A DNA stretch of 64,000 nucleotides. Origin: Azolla caroliniana (Eukaryota > Plantae > Polypodiophyta). The translations under genes were made by a program, and so were the position numbers. The DNA lies in the NCBI GenBank assembly GCA_043228905.1, contig JBHGNT010000013.1:4464001-4528000 (forward strand), given 5' to 3'. This document shows, piece after piece, positions 1 through 11,503 of the stretch. Each line of letters opens with the position of its first letter. Within the stretch, counting starts at the first letter, position 1. The notes beneath the pieces were generated by a model. It had not been told where the DNA came from, did no database searches, and saw only the letters and a program-made list of their open reading frames with translations.

Positions 1-596
1 TGTACATTTGTCCAATACGGTATTTAAGGTATTTATAAAAAAACAAGTATAATACGTATTTATAAAGAAAATGTAAGTAAAACCCTAACAAAAAGCAAAA
101 GAAAAAAAAGCTTTTAGTGAAAAAGAAGCCAAAGGAAGGAAGAAAGACGAATAGAAGAGACAACGATGAAGAAGATGAAGAAGAAGAAGAAGAAGAAAAC
201 GAAGAAAAGAGAAACCTATGATGAGTGTGATAATCGCACACGATTCCTCAATCAATGAAGGCATAATTGTAAATAATTACAATTTGAAGTAGAACATTGT
301 GATACACACTTACACTGATTTATAGAATAAGGGAATGTCGACATCCATATTACTACAAGTATTTTAGGATGTTTTTTACAATATTATAGATATTTTTTAG
401 AAAGGTAAATAATTTTTCAAATTCTAGAAGTATTTAACGTACTATACGTAAAATACGTAAAATACGTATTTTATAAGTATTTAATGTATTAAGAAAACGT
501 ATTTAACATATTTTTTAATTGGGAGGTACTATACGGGTATTAATACGTTAAATACGTATGGTATCCGTACCGTGCCTAACATACCTAACAACCTTG
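1..596 (-). mobile_element. Non-autonomous hAT-type DNA transposon (MITE-like), cut by the window edge
   Basis: Reverse complement of ~53214-53957. Ends in AACAACCTTG (TIR CAAGGTTGTT), has many subterminal AATACGT motifs, and abuts Copia gag sequence. Confidence 0.8.
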
Positions 597-2242
597 CCTT
601 GGATGATGCAATGCAGGCCATCCTGCTGATGTGCACACTACCGGACAGCTGGGAGAACCTGGTGGTTACTCTCAGCACCTCCTGTCAAGAAGAGAACTTG
701 TCTTTACAGACGGTGAAGACAAGCATCCTAAATGAGGAGGCAAGGAGGAAAGACAAAGGAGTCCTATCCCAATTAGAGACAAATCTAACTCAACATATGG
801 ACAGAGGAAGAGACCGGCGAAGATGAATTCCGCAACGAACGGACAAATCGCATGCCAGATCGAAGTCCAGAGGTAAGCTTGTGTGCTTTTATTGTGGAAA
901 GCCTGGACACTTCTAGAAGGACTGTCGACACTTAAAGAAAGATAAGAGTGTCGGAAATAATGTCGAACCGAGGAAGATTCCTGATGAGAAGAACACTTCG
1001 GCCATTGCTACGAGCAATGAAGAATTCCTGTTCATTTGTGAACAGAAGAGTGCAAATCTTGCAAGTGAAGATTGCACGTGGGTGATTAATTCTAGGGCAT
1101 CGTTCCACATAACTCCGTCGAGAGAGTATTTCTCGACTTACATAGCCGGGGATCATGGCTATGTAAAGATGGGTGACAGTGGAGAGTGCAGGGTAACCAG
1201 AGTTGGAAGTGTTTGCTTAACAACGTCGATTGACACTGAAGGATGTTTGACACGTCCTCGATATCAGATTGAATCTGATATCGACTGGAAGGTTAGGTGA
1301 CGAAGGCTATAGTGGTAGCTTTTGAAATGGCAAGTGGAAGTTCTGTCGAGGAAATCTTATAGTGGCCCGAGAACAGAAAGAAGGCACATTGTACATGATG
1401 CATGCCCGAATGGGGAAATCGGAAGTAAATGTGGCAGCTGACTCGGCAGGTGAGATATGGCATAAGAGGCTACACCACATGAGTGAGAAGGGAATGTACC
1501 TGTTAGCCGACCAGAAACTTCTACCAGACGTCAAGGGCGTGCATCTGGAGAAGTGCGTCAACCATAGTCGGAAGACATGGGCCTTCGTACTGAAGTCGAA
1601 GGATCAAGTATTGTTGGTTTTCAAGGAGTTCTAGGCAAGAATCGAAAGAGAGTCGGGTCGGAAGTTGAAGGTTTTCCGAACCGACAATGGTGGCGAGTAC
1701 AAAGGGCAGTTCGAGGAATACTGCAAGTGCCAAGGTATTCGGATCGAATACACAGTGCCAAATACCCCAGAGTTGAACGGGCTTGTAGAGAGGATGAATT
1801 GAACAATCATGGAGATGGTAAGGAGCATGGTCTCTCATGCGAAACTGCTGAAATCCTATTGGGCTGAGGCGATGTACATAGTTGTTTATCTAATCAATAG
1901 GTCTCCCTCAGTACCATTAAAGAATGATGTCCCACAGAGGGTGTGGACAGGGAAGGATGTCTCCTACTGGCATCTGAGGGTGTTCGGATGTCTGGCGTAC
2001 ATGCATGTACCAAAAGATCAGAGGTCAAAGCTCGACAACAAGTCGAAAGCATGCATATTCAAGGGATACTCTGAAGATGAGTTCGGCTATAGGCTATGGG
2101 ACCTAGTCGACAAGAAGGTAGTGAGAAGTCGGGATGTAGTCTTTCTAGAAGATAAGACGATTGAAGAATGGAAATCACAGAAGTCAGAATCAACTCCCTA
2201 GTCAACCTCGACTACCATCGACTTAAGGCCAAGTGAGTTGTC

Positions 2243-2550
2243 TGTTGAAGACAAGGCCGTCAATGCGGAAGATCAAATAGCATTCGATTGGTGTTGAGTA
2301 CCTGTGTATGACAGTTTCCAAGATCGTGCATAGAGAGAGAGAGTGAGAGAGAGAGACAAAAGACTTTCTATTCAATAGAAACAGTAATACAACCAATAAT
2401 ACAACCAACCTTACAAAAAGGTTACTAGGTCACTTTATATAGTGACAAACTTAGGGCAACTACCCTTTATGCTAATTACACAAATGGCCCAAACTTGAGC
2501 TATACAAAAGGGATAGTGTGAATACGTCCATTATATACTTGTATTCGACA
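2243..2550 (-). repeat. 3' LTR of Copia B
   Basis: Direct repeat of 7418-7725; adjacent PPT (CTCCCCC on +). Confidence 0.96.
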
Positions 2551-2743
2551 CTCCCCCGTAATGGGCGTATACATGGGTTATCTAAGATTACAGGTATAAA
2601 CGTAGGTTCTCGGACATATCAGTTTTGTTCGAGTCGGCAGGGTCCGAAGGCAGAAGACCGAACTGGTCGGGTCGGAAGAGTTGAAGCCGATCATTAAGGA
2701 ACTGATGTCGGTTGTCTGAGACCATCCTGCGCTGTGTCCGGCT

Positions 2744-4190
2744 CTAACCGGACTGGTTTGTCGTTACGCCCATCTGATGCCGAAGGGACCGAAAGCGGTC
2801 TGCCGAAAGACACTTGGTCATTCCATCTGCGACATTGTCGGTTGTGGATATTTTCTCTAGACCGATTTTCCCTGAAATGACGCAGTCCCGAACGAAGTGA
2901 TATCGAACGTCGATATGTTTGGAGGCGTTGTGGTGAACCGGATTTTTCGACAAGGCAACAGCACCTTGACTGTCACTATATACAACTGGAGCCGAGTCAT
3001 GGTCGACTTGCCGAAACGTGTGCGCCAGCCGGCCGAGCCACAAAACTTCTTTTGCAGCGTCGGACGCAGCTACATATTCTGCTTCGGTCGTTGAGGTCGT
3101 TGTGCACTCCTGAAGTTTCGACTTCCACGAAATTGCTCCATTGCCGAATTTGAAGCAGTATCCGGTTGTTGATTTCCGACTGTTTATACAGCCGGCGAAG
3201 TCCGAGTCGGTGTAACCGACTACGCCTGAGGTTGAGTTCGGACCGAAAAGAATGCCGTGATCTTTTGTGCCAGCCAGATATTTGAACACATGCTTGACTG
3301 CGTTCCAATGCGATCAGCCAGGATTGTGCATAAATCTGCTAACGACTCCTACGGCATGAGAAATATCAGGCCGTGTCGCGACCATCAGGTACATAAGGGA
3401 GCCGACTGCCGGTGCATACGGTACCGACTTCATATCTTCCCCCTCCGAACCGGATGTCGGGCAGTCTCGCTGAGAGAGCCGAAGATTCATGGGGAGCGGG
3501 GTTGAAGCAGATTTGGCTGATTGCATGTTGAAGCGTTCCAAGACACGTCCGATATAGTCGGTCTGAGACAAAAAAAGATGTCGTTTATCGAGATGCCGAC
3601 TAATCTTCATGCCGAGTATGTGTCGTGCCGGACCGAGGTCCTTCATGGCAAACTTCAACCGCAATTGCCGAATGAGATCGGCAAGTTCGCCCGCGTGGCG
3701 TCCAGAAATTAGCATGTCGTCCACGTAAATGATGAGGAAGATGGGTGATCCATCTTGAGCTATGTGGGTAAAAAGACAATGGTCCTCATCGCTTTTTGAG
3801 AAGCCGATCGATTGGATGAAGTCGTCGAACTTCTTGTAACATTGTCGCGGTGCCTGTTTGAGGCCGTATAGACTCTTCCTGAGTTGGCAGACTAGATGTT
3901 CTTGGCCAGTTGCCACGAAGCCTTTTGGCTGCTCCATATAAATTTCCTCTTCAAGATCACCATGGAGGAAGGCTGTTTTGACATCTACTTGAATCAGCTC
4001 CAAGTTGTCGGCTGCCACTACGCCGAGTAGAAAACGAAGGGTTGTCATTTTCACCACTGGTGAAAAAATCTCGTCGAAGTCGACGCCATATTCTTGTCGG
4101 AAGCCCTTCGCAACTAATCTGGCCTTGTACTTTGGTGTGGTCGAATCAGACGTCTCTTTTAGTCGATAAACCCACTTGCCCGAATGGAGT
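2744..4190 (-). pseudogene. Copia B reverse transcriptase + RNase H (disrupted)
   Basis: ORFs 3314-4057 (IIYVDDMLI) and 2744-3289 (GYTDSDFAG..TTEAEY) separated by one in-frame TGA at 3314. A deletion/frameshift near 4180 disconnects them from the upstream ORF. Confidence 0.92.
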
Positions 4191-6723
4191 GCATTTCCGA
4201 CTCCATCGCCAGATGCCAGGTGGCTGAATCGACAGATGTCGATGCTTCTTCGTAAGACGTTGGTTCGCCGGCGTCGGTGAAGAAAATTCCAGGAGAATAC
4301 CTCTCCGGAGGTTGCGACAGTCTCTCGGATCGTCGAGGTATGATTGGACTGGTCGTATCGGGTATCGAGGTCGGATGGTCCGAAAGCGGATTATTCTGCT
4401 GTGCCGAGTCAGAGTTGTCCGAGTCGGTAGTGGAAGGTTCAGCTACCCGTGAAGCTGACCGTGTGTTAAGAGCGGGGCCTTCTTGAAGGGTCGGCACATC
4501 GGAAAATGTTACCCTTCGGACTTCGATCGGTGTTTTGACTGATGGATTCATAGCCGACTCGTTGAACACAACGTCCGAACTTCGAACGATTTGTCTGCGT
4601 TCGGGGTCCCAGAGTCGGTATCCCATTTCGCCGTCTGATCCATATCCAAGGAAGATGCATTTCCTGGACCGAGGTGCAAGTTTTCGGCGATCATCTTTCG
4701 GAATAAGGGCGTACGCCTCGCATCCGAAGATCCTCAGCTTGTCGTAATTCGGCTTACTGCCGATCCATAGTTCCTGAGGAATTTGAAGTCCTAGAGGTCT
4801 GCTTGGCGACATATTGATTATGTGTACTGCCGTGAGTAGAGCCTCTGCCCAGAAGCCATCCGACAGTCCGGAGTGTTGGAGCATGGAAACTATCCGTTCT
4901 TGGATTGTCCGATTCATGCGTTCTGCAATCCCGTTTTGCTCCGGACTGTGTGGTGCCGTAAATTCACGTCGGATGCCGCGTTGTCGGCAGAATTTGACGA
5001 ATTCTTCTGATTTGAACTCTCCCCCATTGTCGGTCCGAAAGCATTTCAGTTTTCGGTCGGTTTGATTTTCTACCATAGCGAGCCAATCGGAGAAGATCGA
5101 GAAGACACGATCTTTGGTGCGAATTGGATAAGCCCACACCTTTCGAGTCGAATCGTCAATAAAACTGACGAAGTAAGAGGCACCGCCGAGAGACTGATGC
5201 GGCATTGGGCCACAGACGTCCGAGTGGACTAAATCGAGAGGTCTCGTTTCTCTTGGTGCTGATGTCGGGTGTGATGCGGCTGCTTGTTTGCCATACTGGC
5301 AATGTTCGCAGAATTGATGATCCGAGAAGGAGAGTTTAGGGATGTATCCGGCTCTAGATAGGTGCGTAATGCCGGCCTTGCTGAGGTGTCCTAATCTTCT
5401 GTGCCATAGTGATGACACAGGAATATCCACCAAAAACAGGTTACCCTCTCTGAGCGTAACATGTAACGGATACAGTGAGTGTATCTTGGGTCCTCTAGCA
5501 AGCAGGAGGTTCCCCCTGTGGAGTGTCCACCCTCCCGAAGAAAAACCGGCACGAATGCCGTCTTCATCTAGTTGTCCGACTGAGATCAATGGCCTTGAGA
5601 GCTCGGGTACATGTCGGACATTGTGAAGTACAAGTGTAGAGCCACCTGCAAGGTTGAGCTCTACTGTGCCGATTCCAATGATGTCACAGTGTTGCGAGTT
5701 GCCGACTCGAACTGAGTCGGAGTGACGGATCGTATATTGCCGAAATTGGGATCGATGAGGAGTCACGTGAAATGACGCGCCCGAATCTAAGAGCCATGTG
5801 CTCGATTCTTCAGTCGTGAGCAGAACTTCTGATCCGACTAGATTTTCGATCGATAGTATATTCGGGTCGTTTGGTAGCACATCAGCTGAGAAGCTGACGT
5901 AGTTGATCTCCTCATGCCGGCCACTCTTCTTGTCTGATTTCTGAGACTTGTTGTTCTTGTTCTTGAGTGCGCGGCAGTCGGCTTTGATGTGTCCGGGTTT
6001 CTTGCAATAGTTGCAGATTCGATTATCCCGTGACTGGCTCCGTCTTCGCTGATTGTTCGGCTGCCGTGAGGAATCTCTTCCTCGTATGTTCGATCGGTCT
6101 GTCGAACCTTGTACTACATAAGCGTCGTCTGTTGAGTCTTTGGCGAAAGACTTTCTCCGAGCTGCTTCGGTCAGGATTGCGCTCGTGACTTCGGAGTATT
6201 TAACAGCCGTGGTTGACGCATTGCACACGGTTGTGACGAAAGTTTCCCATGATGAGGGAAGGCTGCTCATGAGTATCATTGCTCTGAGTTCATCCTCGAT
6301 TGCCGTCCCCTGAGATGAGATTTGGGAACTTATGCTTTCGTACTCATTGAGATGTGCTTGAACCGAATCTGATTCTTTCATCCGCAAGTTGTAGAGGCGC
6401 CGGATCAGAAACATCTTCGTTGCGGCGACCTTCTTTTCGTAGGTGTCCGACAGTGTTTTCCACAGTTCGAATGCTGTCGTACACGATTGCACCGTAAAGT
6501 ATACCGATTCCGATAGGTGCATCCGAATCGTGGCGCGGACGATTCTGTCCAGCTTCTGCCACTCAATTGGTTTGTATCCTTCTGGAGGTTCTTCATTTTC
6601 GATGGGATCGATTTGCCCCTTGACTATGAGATAGTCCTGCATTTGCTCCTTCCAGAAGTTGAAGTTCGATCCATCGAACTTTCGTAGACTCATTTCTGAC
6701 GAGCCGGATGTTGATGCCATCAA
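4159..6723 (-). CDS. Copia B gag-protease-integrase polyprotein (854 aa, ends at a frameshift)
   Basis: CCHC knuckle CNYCKKPGHIKADC, protease WLLDSGASFH, HHCC zinc finger, rve core (VHSDVCGP..RTDNGGEF..QNGIAERMNRT). Confidence 0.93.
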   Translation of the reverse strand: MMASTSGSSEMSLRKFDGSNFNFWKEQMQDYLIVKGQIDPIENEEPPEGYKPIEWQKLDRIVRATIRMHLSESVYFTVQSCTTAFELWKTLSDTYEKKVAATKMFLIRRLYNLRMKESDSVQAHLNEYESISSQISSQGTAIEDELRAMILMSSLPSSWETFVTTVCNASTTAVKYSEVTSAILTEAARRKSFAKDSTDDAYVVQGSTDRSNIRGRDSSRQPNNQRRRSQSRDNRICNYCKKPGHIKADCRALKNKNNKSQKSDKKSGRHEEINYVSFSADVLPNDPNILSIENLVGSEVLLTTEESSTWLLDSGASFHVTPHRSQFRQYTIRHSDSVRVGNSQHCDIIGIGTVELNLAGGSTLVLHNVRHVPELSRPLISVGQLDEDGIRAGFSSGGWTLHRGNLLLARGPKIHSLYPLHVTLREGNLFLVDIPVSSLWHRRLGHLSKAGITHLSRAGYIPKLSFSDHQFCEHCQYGKQAAASHPTSAPRETRPLDLVHSDVCGPMPHQSLGGASYFVSFIDDSTRKVWAYPIRTKDRVFSIFSDWLAMVENQTDRKLKCFRTDNGGEFKSEEFVKFCRQRGIRREFTAPHSPEQNGIAERMNRTIQERIVSMLQHSGLSDGFWAEALLTAVHIINMSPSRPLGLQIPQELWIGSKPNYDKLRIFGCEAYALIPKDDRRKLAPRSRKCIFLGYGSDGEMGYRLWDPERRQIVRSSDVVFNESAMNPSVKTPIEVRRVTFSDVPTLQEGPALNTRSASRVAEPSTTDSDNSDSAQQNNPLSDHPTSIPDTTSPIIPRRSERLSQPPERYSPGIFFTDAGEPTSYEEASTSVDSATWHLAMESEMHSIRASGFID

Positions 6724-7403
6724 ATTTGGTTTCGGTTGACGAAGCTCGGTTCGGAGTTGACTACGAACCTTGTTGGAGTGCAGCCGGTTGGCTCACCCGA
6801 TATCGTTCTAGTCGGATTTGAACCCGAGTCGGTTCGGCTTCGGATATATGTATTGTTGAACTTGCTCGAATTGACTCCGGTAACTCGAGGGACAGAACCA
6901 ACTGGTCTTCCCGAATGTTGCCGAGTCGGAGTGAGCCCGGTTCGCTTCCGAATATATATGCCAAATACCGATTATTGAAACCGATTGTCTGGACCGATTC
7001 TGCTTCGGGTGACTGCAGCGACGAGAGAGACGGATCCAACTGATCCTCCCGAATGTCGATCAGCCGGATGAAGCACGAATTGGGGTTGTTGTCTTGAGAC
7101 CGATCTGCACCGAGTGGTTACAATGAGCGGCGAGCAGCGTTTGATGACCTCTTCGGATGCCGTTTAACCGAGTGGAGCACGATCGTGTCAGTGTTGCACA
7201 AGGGGATTTCACCTCGAGCGGTTACGATCACAAGGAACAGAGTACAACCGGCTGGCTTACTCCAAGCGAAGATGATCTAACGCGATGAGATGCAAGCCTC
7301 GTTTTTCTTCTTCTTCTCTCTTCTTCGAATGACGCAAGAAACCGAATGCTGTGCAGGCTGAGACGACGGCCGACAGCGGGTTGAAGGACCGAATACTGTG
7401 CAG

Positions 7404-7415
7404 GCTCTGATACCA
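7404..7415 (-). promoter_or_regulatory. Primer-binding site (tRNA-iMet) of Copia B
   Basis: TGGTATCAGAGC on the minus strand, 2 nt from the LTR end. Confidence 0.92.
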
Positions 7416-7417
7416 GA

Positions 7418-7725
7418 TGTTGAAGACAAGGCCGTCAATGCGGAAGATCAAATAGCATTCGATTGGTGTTGAGTACCTGCGTATGACAGTTTCCAAGATC
7501 GTGCACAGAGAGAGAGAGAGAGAGAGAGACACAAAAGACTTTCTATTCAATAGAAACAGTAATACAACCAATAATACAACCAACCTTACAAAAAGGTTAC
7601 TAGGTCACTTTATATAGTGACAAACTTAGGGCAACTACCCTTTATGCTAATTACACAAATGGCCCAAACTTGAGCTATACAAAAGGGATAGTGTGAATAC
7701 GTCCATTATACACTTGTATTCGACA
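7418..7725 (-). repeat. 5' LTR of Copia B
   Basis: Direct repeat of 2243-2550, followed by the PBS. Confidence 0.96.
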
Positions 7726-9605
7726 TTGTCACCAATAGCTATAAGGAGACAGCTGGCCGATAGAGCCGAATCTGAATCGATCGACTCGGAGAGACCGGCT
7801 AACTATGAGTCAAAGTCGACAGAGCTGCAAAGGTCAATTGATGAATATGATTGGAATTGTCCAACTAGGAGAGGCCGATTGACGAGTAGAATCCCGAGCA
7901 GAGAGAATAGTTGGTAGAGACATTTGAAAGAGAGCCAACAACGAGTGGAAGAAGATACCCACTTAGGGAGAGGAAAGCACCGACTACATACGCCGGTCAA
8001 TACATCCTCTTGACTGATGAAGGTGAACTAGAGTGCTACGAAGAAGCCATTGCCGATGAGCACAGAGAGAAATGGCTGAGCACAATGCAAGATGAGATGG
8101 AATCCTTGCACGAGAACTACACCTACGACCTAGTAGAGTTGCCGAAAGGTAAGAGAGCACTTAGGAATAAGTGGGTCTACAAGGTGAAGACTGGAGAAGC
8201 TGACAGTGATCCTAGGTATAAAGCCCACATAGTGGTGAAGGGTTTTCAATAGAAAAAGGGTGTCGACTTTGATGAAATATTCGCAACAGTCGTGAAGATG
8301 ACATCCATTCGAACTAATATGAGCATAGTGGCCAGTATGGATCTGGAGATCGAACAGCTGGATGTCAAAACCGCCTTTCTGCATGGGGAGCTAGAAGAAG
8401 AAATCTATATGCAGCAACCCAAAGGCTTTGAGGAGAAAGGGAAAGAAAATCTGGTGTGTTGAATGAAGAAAATCTTGTACGGTCTGAAATAAGCTCCACG
8501 CCAATGGTACAAGAAGTTCGAGTCCTTCATGATGGAACACTGGTTCTAGAAAACACAGGCTGATCACTGTGTGTTCGTCAAAAGGACGAAGAAGGAGACT
8601 TCTTGATTCTCGTGCTATATGTTGATGACATGCTGATAGTCCGTCAAGATACAAGGAAGATTGGAAGCTTGAAGAAAGCTCTTGGCAAATCATTTGCCAT
8701 GAAAGACCTTGGACCGGCTAAACAGATCTTAGGAATGCGCATAGTTCGAGACAGAACTCAAAAGGTGCTATGGTTGTCACAGCAGAAGTATGTGATGAAG
8801 ATCCTAGAGAGATTTAACATGTCAGATGCAAAGACGATCGGCTCGGTGTTGCCGAAAAATTGCAGATTGAATGCGAAGCAGTGCTTGAAAGGGGAGAAGG
8901 AAAAGGCGGAGATGAGGAAGGTACCGTATGCCTCGGCTGTCGGCAGTCTAATGTATTCTATGGTCTGTACGAAACCAGACATAGCATTTGCTATAGGAGC
9001 AGTAAGCTGATATATGAGTAATCTAGGGAGAGAACACTGGGCAATAGTGAATTGGATACTCAGGTACTTAAAGGGAACCTCGGGGGTGTGCCTAAGGTAT
9101 GGTGTCGGAAAACCACTGCTAGAAGGTTTTACCGATTCGGACATGTCGGGAGATGTCGACTCGAGCCGATTCACGTCAGGGTACGTGATGACCTATGCAG
9201 GGGGAGCAGTGTCATGGCAGTCATGACTGTAGAAGTCTATAGCCTTGTCGACTACAAAGGCAGAGTATATGGCAGCGGTAGAGCCCGACAAAGAGATGAT
9301 CTGGATGAGAAGTTTTCTCACCGAATTAGGGATGAAGCAAAAGGAGCTCTTGCTTCACTATGATAGCCAGAGTGCCATACATCTTACCAAGAATGCTGCA
9401 TACCACTACCGGACCAAGCATATATAGAGGAGGTATCACTGGTTGCGGGTGAGAATCGAAGAAGGAGAGTTTTCCTTGGTGAAGATCCATACTGATGACA
9501 ATGGATCCGACATGCCGACAAAGAACCTACCTATGGATAGACTCATAGTCTGTTGATAGAAGACAAGACTGACTAACTTCCTCCCATAGGAGTGAAGGGG
9601 GAGTT

Positions 9606-10204
9606 TGTTGGGAATATGTCCCTCCAGTGGGAGGAGGAATCGACTATCTAGAAGTTGCTAACAGTCGATGACTATGAGGAGACGACTGATCGGACCGAGG
9701 AGTGCCGATAGTCGAAGACAAGGAAGATTCGACTGTTCGGAAAGCCGACAATCGAAGAATCGAAAACAGTGAGTCAACTGTTTAATAATTCGACTATTAT
9801 TATTATAGCAATAATAGTAATGATATGTAGCAGTGGCTACAATTGTAAATAGCCTATACAATGTATAAGTATTTAGGGCAAAATGTTGCATATGTGTGTA
9901 TAGAATAGAAGTAGCGTGAGAGCGTGTGAGACAGAGAGTGAGTGAGGGCGGCAACATAGCTGTGTGCGTAACAACAGACGCCAAGAGCCTTGCGTGGCTG
10001 ACACACTCGAAGGACTGTTGTAACATTCTCTGTTGTATATCCACGATATAGTGAAGTTCTGTTCCCCGTGGTTTTCCCCCATTTTAGGGTTTCCACGTAA
10101 ATTTCTGTGCACTATTGTTTATCTTGTTTGTCTCTGGGATACTGGTATGATTCGTATTTCAGCACAGTTCGTGTATTGTGATTTGACTGAACGATTTCTC
10201 AACA
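9606..10204 (+). repeat. 3' LTR of Copia A
   Basis: Begins TGTTGGG after the PPT and ends CTCAACA; shares the CCGTGGTTTT..TTTCCACG motif with other Copia LTRs here. Confidence 0.8.
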
Positions 10205-10422
10205 TAATATGAACCCTCTCTACTTGAGTGATTGCCCTCAGTCATATTTATACTTATATGAACTTAGGGCTATTTACAAATATAGCCTCAATAGGCTTAC
10301 TCAAAACATATTTACAAATATGTCTTCTCTTACAGTTCTCACCGGGTCCCTTCGATCTGGTTTCCGGATCTCTTGTGGTTCTCACCGGGTCTATCTGATC
10401 GGGAGGGACCGATATTCCAACA
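10205..10422 (-). repeat. Fragment (U3 end) of another Copia LTR, Copia E-like family
   Basis: Near-identical to ~54288-54474; ends TTCCAACA and abuts Gypsy A protease sequence. Confidence 0.8.
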
Positions 10423-11503
10423 TGTAGGGTTGCCCAAGAACCACCGAATGGGAAGTCGAATCTTGCACAAAAAAGGGTTGATCGATCTCTATATCCCCGA
10501 TTGTGACTTGAATGTTGGGACACGCTCCATAAAGATCTTCTGTTTCGTTCGTCACCGCACGAATCTACCATCCATGGTTCGTGTTGATAGGACATCTTCC
10601 CTTCTTGTAGAAATCCTTCAACATGAGGTTAATCTCTGATCCGTGGTCTATAAGAGCCACAATTGTCTCTTTCTTCTTAGATCCAATCTTGACCAGAGTT
10701 TCCATTGTTACTCTTGCCCAATGCGGTCATGTATAATGATTGTTCACTAGATCTTCTTCTTTCTCTTCCGTTCTTGCCATAGTTATGGCATTGGTTGTCA
10801 TCTTTGTTGAAATTCCCTCTTCCTCATCCACTTGTTGTCGTTTACATTTAATAAGATCGATGATGGTGTCATGGAACTCCTTTGCAATTCCAAGTTGTTC
10901 TCTCAATGTAAGGTCAATACGGCTATCAAGCACTCTTTCTTCAAGAACCTTTCTTAAGTTGGTTGTTTGTTCAATATCCGACCTTAATTTGTATGTTGGC
11001 ATCGATCTATCCTTCCCCTTCTTGGCATTCTCTTCAATGGGTTGAGTCGGTTCCTCGGCTCTCTTGTTTGAGGTTCCATCTTCTTGACGTGTGGTCTTGA
11101 TCATCTCTTCCTTCTTCTTAAAGCTTCTTGTGTCATGTTTCTTAGAGGGACTTCATCTAGATCCGTCCTCTTCTGCTTCTCATCCACAAACACTTCGTGG
11201 GTTTCACATATGACCTCTGCGGAGATCGTGTTGTTATCAACTGGATCTGCCCACCCGGTAAGGTCTTGTACATGAAGGTTGGCTAGCTTTGCATCATCCG
11301 AATTAAAATTCCCTTTTTTTCGTATTTGAGGAAGGTTGGCCAAAACCCAGTTCCCGGTTTAATCATTCCAAGCTTCTCCTTCCCAATTCTTATACCGGCG
11401 GATGCGGCATAGTGTATAGCTTCGACATGGCTCACATCGGCCTCATCCATGATTTTCTTTAGACCACCCCAAACGAAATTCACTTGCAAGGGCTTTCGAG
11501 TCT

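Larger units (their letters stand above)
2243..7725 (-). mobile_element. Copia B: structurally complete, young Ty1/copia element nested in Copia A
   Basis: Two 308-bp TG..CA LTRs (~5 differences by eye), 5-bp TSD TTGTC (2238-2242 / 7726-7730), PBS TGGTATCAGAGC, PPT at 2551-2557. The empty site is visible at 12422-12426. Confidence 0.97.
597..10204 (+). mobile_element. Copia A: degenerate Ty1/copia LTR retrotransposon (Tnt1/Tto1-like), interrupted by Copia B
   Basis: Gag (LPDSWENLVVTL, CCHC knuckle ~885-930), protease remnant, GAG-pre-integrase (WHKRLHHMS), integrase, RT (LVLYVDDML), RNase H (GFTDSDMSGD), all with many stops. PPT GGAGTGAAGGGGGAG ~9589-9603, then the 3' LTR. Confidence 0.93.
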